A stretch of 64,000 nucleotides of DNA from contig NIVC01000660.1 in assembly GCA_002269645.1 (NCBI GenBank), positions 372,001 through 436,000 on the forward strand, given 5' to 3'. This document shows, one piece after another, positions 57,990 through 64,000 of this stretch. The stretch is from Macrostomum lignano. Lineage: Eukaryota. The notes under the pieces were generated by a model. It worked only from the letters and a program-made list of their open reading frames with translations, ran no database searches and was not told the DNA's origin. Position numbers and translations under genes: made by a program. Numbering within the stretch: position 1 is the stretch's first letter; each line of letters begins with the position of its first letter.

Positions 57990-58860
57990 GCTTTCTGCAC
58001 TGGGTGGGACTGACTGACTGACTGACAAGGGCTGACTGACTGACTGACTAACTGACTGACAAGGGCTGACTGACTGACTGACAAGGGCTGACTGACTGAC
58101 TGACTGACTAACTGACTGACTGTGTGACTGACTGACTGACTGACAAGGGCTGACTGACTGTGTGACTGACTGACTGACTGGCTGACTGACTGACTGACTG
58201 ACTGGCTGACTGACTGACTGACTGACTGACTGGCTGACTGACTGCACTGAAGGGCTGACTGACTGTGTGACTGACTGACTGACTGTGTGACTGACTGACT
58301 GACTGACTGACAAGGGCTGACTGACTGACTGGCTGGCTGACTGACTGACTGACTGACTGACTGACTGACTGACTGACTGGCTGACTGACTGCACTGAAGG
58401 GCTGACTGACTGTGTGACTGACTGACTGACTGACTGACAAGGGCTGACTGACTGACTGACTGGCTGACTGACTGACTGACTGACTGACTGACTGGCTGAC
58501 TGACTGACTGACTGACTGGCTGACTGACTGCACTGAAGGGCTGACTGACTGTGTGACTGACTGACTGACTGACTGACAAGGGCTGACTGACTGCACTGAA
58601 GGGCTGACTGACTGTGTGACTGACTGACTGACAAGGGCTGACTGACTGTGTGACTGACTGACTGACAAGGGCTGACTAACTGACTGACTGACTGACTGAC
58701 AAGGGCTGACTAACTGACTGACTGACTGACTGACTGGCTGACTGGCTGACTGACTGACTGACTGACAAGGGCTGACTAACTGACTGGCTGACTGACTGAC
58801 TGGCTGACTGACTGACTGACTGGCTGACTGACTGACTGACTGACAAGGGCTGACTAACTA
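57990..58860. repeat. (TGAC)n tetranucleotide microsatellite, ~870 bp, with AAGGGC and TGTG interruptions
   Basis: Begins ~60 bp upstream of the MTRR ATG. Confidence 0.96.
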
Positions 58861-59469
58861 ACCTAAAGTTATTTTTTAAAGGAAAAGCACTTAAGATTCA
58901 TTTTGATAATACAGCGATCAGCTCAGTACAGTGAATATTAAAGCCAAATAATAAATTGTATATAATAATTTTGCTTAAAATTACACATGCGTTCAAGGTT
59001 ATACACGCTAGACAATAAACTATAAAGTACAGCATGATACCTCATAATTCATTATTAACATACACTTATTAATAACAGACATTACTAAATGGAACTACCA
59101 GAATTAATATTAGAAGATTCGCATACAGTTACGAAGCATAATAAAAATAGCCAAATTCTATTCAATATTATAATTCATACGTACGAGGTATATACAATAG
59201 CTATAAGATATATATAAGAATTTAAAATTTCGTAAACCTACAATAGAAGCAGACGAAAAGCAGACGAAATACAATTAATCAGATTTTCAAAGCAAAATAT
59301 TTGCAAAATTGAATTTGCTTTTAAAAAACGAAAATTTGTCGAAGGCTTATGAATTTTTCGGGAATTAGACCTGCGCTGGTACATATACTCGTAATAAGCT
59401 ATATTCCCAATACATAACGATCCCAGTTGCTAAGGGATGAAGTGGCGCAAAATGCAAGAGAAAATTCTA

Positions 59470-59930
59470 GGGATGGCTTATGAGCGATTCTATGAGTGGT
59501 TTATGAGTGATTCTTTGAGTGGTTTATGAGACATTCTAGGGGTGATTTATAGGCGACTGCAGGGGTGGTTTATGAGCAATTCTAGGGGTTGTTTATGAGC
59601 GATTTTTGGGGTGGTTTATGAGCGATTTTGAAGTGGTTTATGAGCGATTTTTGAGGTGGTTTATGAGCGATTTTGGAGTGGTCTATGAGCGATTATTGGG
59701 GTGCTTTATGAGCAATTCTTGGGGTGATTTATGAGCGATTCTAGGGGTTGTTTATGAGCGATTTTTGGGGTGGTTTATGAGCGATTTTGGAGTGGTTTAT
59801 GAGCGATTTTTGGGGTGGTTTATGAGCGATTTTGGAGTGGTTTATGAGCGATTTTTGGGGTGGTTTATGAGCGATTTTGGAGTGGTCTATGAGCGATTAT
59901 TGGGGTGCTTTATGAGCGATTCTAAGGGTA
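59470..59930. repeat. 22/23-bp minisatellite (TTATGAGCGATTTTGGAGTGGT), 45-bp dimer
   Basis: Tandem copies downstream of the MFF-like stop. Confidence 0.9.
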
Positions 59931-60121
59931 GTTTTGGGTGCTTAGAAAAGTTTTCCTGATCGAGCTAGGACCTAGGATCCTGTGAGTTCGAGGATGAGGA
60001 TTAGATCCAATTAACTGGGCAACCTTAAATTATGCAGAGGTTTGTAACTGGATCAAAACTTTCCGAGTCCTACCTGTCAAATCTAGATGCATGAGAATCT
60101 TATCCTATTGAACACAATTCA

Positions 60122-61553
60122 CTAAAAGCCAACAGAACGCCGTGGCCGCATCAGCCAGCCCATAATCTTGAACAGGAAGTACAGCCCAATAGCCGGGTAC
60201 AGCACCAGCTCCCGCCGTCTGCGCTGCTCATTCTCCGACTCTAGAGCTTCCAGTCGTTTCTGCAGCCGCAGCAGAGCCATGTTCAGATTGCCGCCAACCG
60301 GGGCGGCCCCAGTAGCCGAGGCGGCGACCAGGGCTCCGGGGTCGGAGGCGTCGCTGCCGCCGGGGTTGCGCTTACGCCTGGGCCTGTCGCTGGGGTTTCG
60401 ATTTGGAAACACATCGATTGAAAAATGTGCGTGATTGATTTTTTCAAGCTATTGGAGAGAAGACGATCTGGGAGGCTGGCACAGCGACTGAGGATCTGGG
60501 AGGCTAGCCTAGCAACTGAGGATCTGGGAGGCTGGCCCAGCAACTGACACTCTGGAGAAGCTGGCCCAGCAACTGACACTCTGGGAGGCTTGACCAGCAA
60601 CTGAGGATCTGGGAGGCTGGCCCAGCAAATGACACTCTGGTAGGCTGGCCCAGCAACTGAGGATCTGAGAGGCTGGCCCAGCAAATGACACTCTGGTAGG
60701 CTAGCCCAGCAACTGAGGATCTGGGAGGCTGGCCCAGCAACTGAGGATCTGGAAGGCTGGCCCAGCAACTGAGGATCTGGGAGGCTGGCCCAGCAAATGA
60801 CACTCTGGTAGGCTGGCCCAGCAACTGAGGATCTGAGAGGCTGGCCCAGCAAATGACACTCTGGTAGGCTAGCCCAGCAACTGAGGATCTGGGAGGCTGG
60901 CCCAGCGACTCAGAATCTGGGAGGCTGGGTCAGCAACTGAGGATCAGGGAGGCTGGCCCTATTGGCCCAGCAACTGGGGATCTAGGAGGCTGGCCCAGCA
61001 ACTGGGAATCTGGGAGGCTGGCCCTAGTGGCCCAGCAACTGGGGATCTAGGAGGCTGGCCCAGCAACTGGGAATCTGGGAGGCTGGCCCTAGCGGCCCAG
61101 CAACTGGGGATCTAGGAGGCTGGCCCAGCAACTGGGAATCTGGGAGGCTGGAGGAGGACCCAAAACTGGCAAGAGTCCCAACCGAATGCAACAAAGCAGG
61201 CACCTCTCCGACTGCTCAGGCTGGATATCTGGGTAGCGCACCCGGTCCAGAGTGATGGTGTCGGGTGGCGACTCCACCGAGATGAGGTCGCCGGGCCTGA
61301 CCTGGATGCTGGGGTCCAGCGGATCGTAGCTCGGGTCACTGGCGTCCCCAGCCTCGCCAGTGGCCAGAATGCGATCCGGGATGCTCATGTCTACCACGAT
61401 GCGGCTAAAACCGGAGCCCGGATAATCTGAGTCAACTCCGAATCCCTTAGACGAGGAGTCCAGCGCGCCCTGGGCGCCGATTCTCTCGGGAATGCGCATA
61501 TCCCTGCTGACGTCCTCGGAGAACTTGTGACTTTCGTACAGATTGGAGCTCAT
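60122..61553 (-). CDS. MFF: Mitochondrial fission factor-like tail-anchored protein, 2 exons, ~205 aa
   Basis: Exons 61553-61204 and 60389-60122 (phase 2). Repeated motifs MRIPERI and MSIPDRILATG, SPPDTITL, coiled coil RLQKRLEALESEN, RRELVLY followed by a C-terminal TM helix. Confidence 0.85.
60465..61150. repeat. 28-bp minisatellite identical in unit to the PFAS intron-2 array, MFF intron
   Basis: CTGGGAGGCTGGCCCAGCAACTGAGGAT is the reverse complement of the unit at 6984-7167. Confidence 0.95.
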
Positions 61554-61658
61554 CTGGCTGTACTGTAAGAAAGTTACAAAACTCGCATCTGTATTTTAGA
61601 TGCTTTGTTCTACTGTACTGAATGTAGAATATCGATATTTTCGGGTTTACTACAGATT

Positions 61659-61752
61659 GCCTGTCAACTTAAGCTCATAAAGTGGAGCCCGAGTAACCTA
61701 TGTACACAAATGATACGTCATTTTCGTCATTACATCACTTAAGTTGACAGGC
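61659..61752. other. 94-bp segment bounded by a perfect 15-bp inverted repeat (mini-MITE or hairpin)
   Basis: GCCTGTCAACTTAAG at 61659-61673 and CTTAAGTTGACAGGC at 61738-61752. Confidence 0.75.
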
Positions 61753-62035
61753 CATACATATTTGTATAACTACATAACTACATATTTGTAGTTTGTATCC
61801 GATGAAAAGGGTACATGGGCCTAGAAGCGTCCCAGAGTAACTTGTGTCATCCTAGAGTTGACTCTAAAACAATGAGATGCCTTAGTAGAAGTCGACAAAA
61901 AGTCATCAAAGAAATGCCTATGAGTCAATTTGAGGCATATATTCTCTGCAACTCTGAAATGACTTTGAGGCTATAGAGTCATTTGTAGTTGCCTCTAAAG
62001 TGCATCTGTATCCCTTTATGAATTAGAAACACACG

Positions 62036-63279
62036 TGTTGCATTTATAACCTTGTGTATTTTGTCTACTTTAGTTAAATACTAACACAATGACTCTTGGT
62101 AGACTCTTTTACATTTTTACAATTCATGTGATGCACTTATGACTCAACAGTTGCCTTTCTATCACTGTTGGCCATTGGCTCTTGTTACAAAAAACAAATT
62201 CAGTGGGGTTAGCAACTATAATAAGTATCTATGACTATAGTAGCTACAAATATGCCTATGAAAAGCAATTGCTCAAATGGCTGCAACTACAATAATATGG
62301 TAGTTTAAATATTTTCAAAAAAATTACCATAGTATTATTTTTAAATTTTGAATTTTTAGAAAAAATAAAAGTACTTCAAAATAGTAGCTAGCATAGATTA
62401 ATAAGAAAGCAACATTGTATGACAAAATTGAGACAAGCAAGACAAAAATAGTATGCTAAAAACTTAAACTTTTTATTAAGCAAATAGCAGAAAAAAATGT
62501 TTTGCTATATTTTGACTATTACCTATGGGTCCATGAGAATTGCCTGCAGTCTGCAGATGAATTGCTTGCAGGCAATTTGCACTGCCAGCAAATCTTGGTG
62601 AGAAAACATAAATGCACAACCCCCTGATTTACACTGGCCATGCAATTTACTTTTTGACCAAAAATGTAACTTACCTGTGAAAGAAACACTGGAGCAAAAG
62701 TTAATGCAATTTTGGGTAAATGGTAGGCATAACTATGATTGCCTTATTAAGGTTAAATGTCTTATCAGATAATTAGTATTTTATCTATTCTTTTGGGTGG
62801 GCATTTTTGCAACTTACCCCTGGTCTCCCACAATTTATGGTGGCCAGATTGGCCAAGTTGGCTAGCAGTTGCACATATATATGGGAAAAGCTCAGTAGGC
62901 AAATCTCCTACTGGCAAATCTTAGTAGGCAATTTATTTGTAGGCAATTCTTGTGCTCTTAGTATCTATTCTATATTGTAAGTAGTAACTTAATTTTAAGA
63001 GGTATGATAAAATGATAAAATATGATAATAGTTTTTTATAAAAATTTCAACTGTATTTTTTAATCTAAAGAGCATTTTGCTTTGTATAGGCCTAGCTTTG
63101 CTTTGTATACAATTAAAATAGTTTTTTTTCTTGGGTTTAATTATTTAATGCTCATTGTTTTTTGGTCTTTTACTTCAATAAACTTCAAGTTTTTCTTTTT
63201 TAAGTTTTTATAAATTACAATACCAGGATGGAATTTTTGCTTAGGGGAAAGAAAATGTGCACACATTTTTGGAACATTG
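62036..63279. other. CpG-free block, probably a decayed methylated repeat
   Basis: No CG dinucleotide found by eye between 62034-35 and 63280-81; degenerate GGCAAAT/GGCAATT motifs. Confidence 0.7.
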
Positions 63280-64000
63280 CGCAAGTGCACACGCCAGCTG
63301 TAAAAATAATTAGTCATAATGCAATCATGGCCTTTATGCTAAAAATGAAATTTCTAGTTTTTCAATTCCATGTTGACATAACTTAAAAAATGTACTCCAA
63401 GTGTAAAGTAGCTCTTATTTATGTGAAAACTCCATTTCAGGGGTAAGACCCCCCAAAGGCAGAGAGCTTGTATCTAATATACCTGGCCAACAATAAAGGT
63501 TGTTTGACAAAGCGTAAGCTAATCAAACGCACGCGTGCAGGTGTACACCTGCACTGTACATTACACTGAGGGGAGCAACTGAGCAGACCCACGCTACCAC
63601 AGCTACATTTTTAGAGAAAATATTTTTTTTAAATTATAAAAGTTTCACTAAACTTTAAAGTAACTGTTTTTGCCAAAAACTGTTATTCCTTGTTTTACTT
63701 TTGTTTAAAAATTTTCTGGTATAAAAACAACCTAGACCATGAAAAGTAAGAAAACTTGAGTGCACATATGCTCCATAACCATGTTGTATACTTATAAAAG
63801 TCAAATCCTGTCTATGATTCTGTGGCAAATAGCTTTTTGCATAAGTTTATATGATCAAGCGCGCATATACCTTCTTTGAGAGTGCACAAGTAGGCCCCTT
63901 TTCAGCATACACAAATGTGTAACAACTTTTGTGCAAGAATTCCATCCTGGTTTTAATATTTTTTTCTAACTAGGCCTAATCTAGGCCCTAGTTTTTTTGA

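Noticed and set aside
57827-58668. SQSV-repeat ORFs as an MTRR N-terminal extension
   Set aside because: Translation of a (TGAC)n microsatellite; the flavodoxin domain starts at ATG 57933.

Overview
Eukaryotic, intron-containing animal DNA, not prokaryotic. Gene style, extreme minisatellite load and retained de novo purine synthesis suggest a free-living flatworm such as Macrostomum; this is inference, no database was searched. Nine protein-coding loci were reconstructed by hand from splice sites and reading phase: (1) 3' end of a SOCS-box protein (+); (2) PFAS/FGAM synthase (+, 8 exons, no genomic AUG found); (3) secreted C-type lectin+PAN protein (+); (4) truncated Vav-like CH-DH-PH-C1-SH2 protein (+, intronless CDS, one frameshift); (5) second C-type lectin+PAN protein (+, one frameshift); (6) TMEM26-like (-); (7) a ~1500-aa helical-repeat/coiled-coil/Death/TIR/TIR/CaaX protein (+, ~15 exons); (8) MTRR (-); (9) MFF-like (-). 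About 30 tandem arrays (units 2-82 bp) fill most long introns and intergenic gaps and explain most long ORFs in the track. Mobile DNA includes a tRNA-derived SINE with a covarying hairpin (~7 copies), a CORE-like SINE, a non-autonomous LTR element with a tRNA-Gln primer site, and MITE/Helitron-like fragments. The best leads are the prenylated twin-TIR/Death protein with both putative catalytic glutamates, a PFAS start codon probably supplied by the spliced leader, a Vav lacking its autoinhibitory and SH3 modules, one minisatellite shared by introns of two unrelated genes, and a 1.24-kb block with no CpG.
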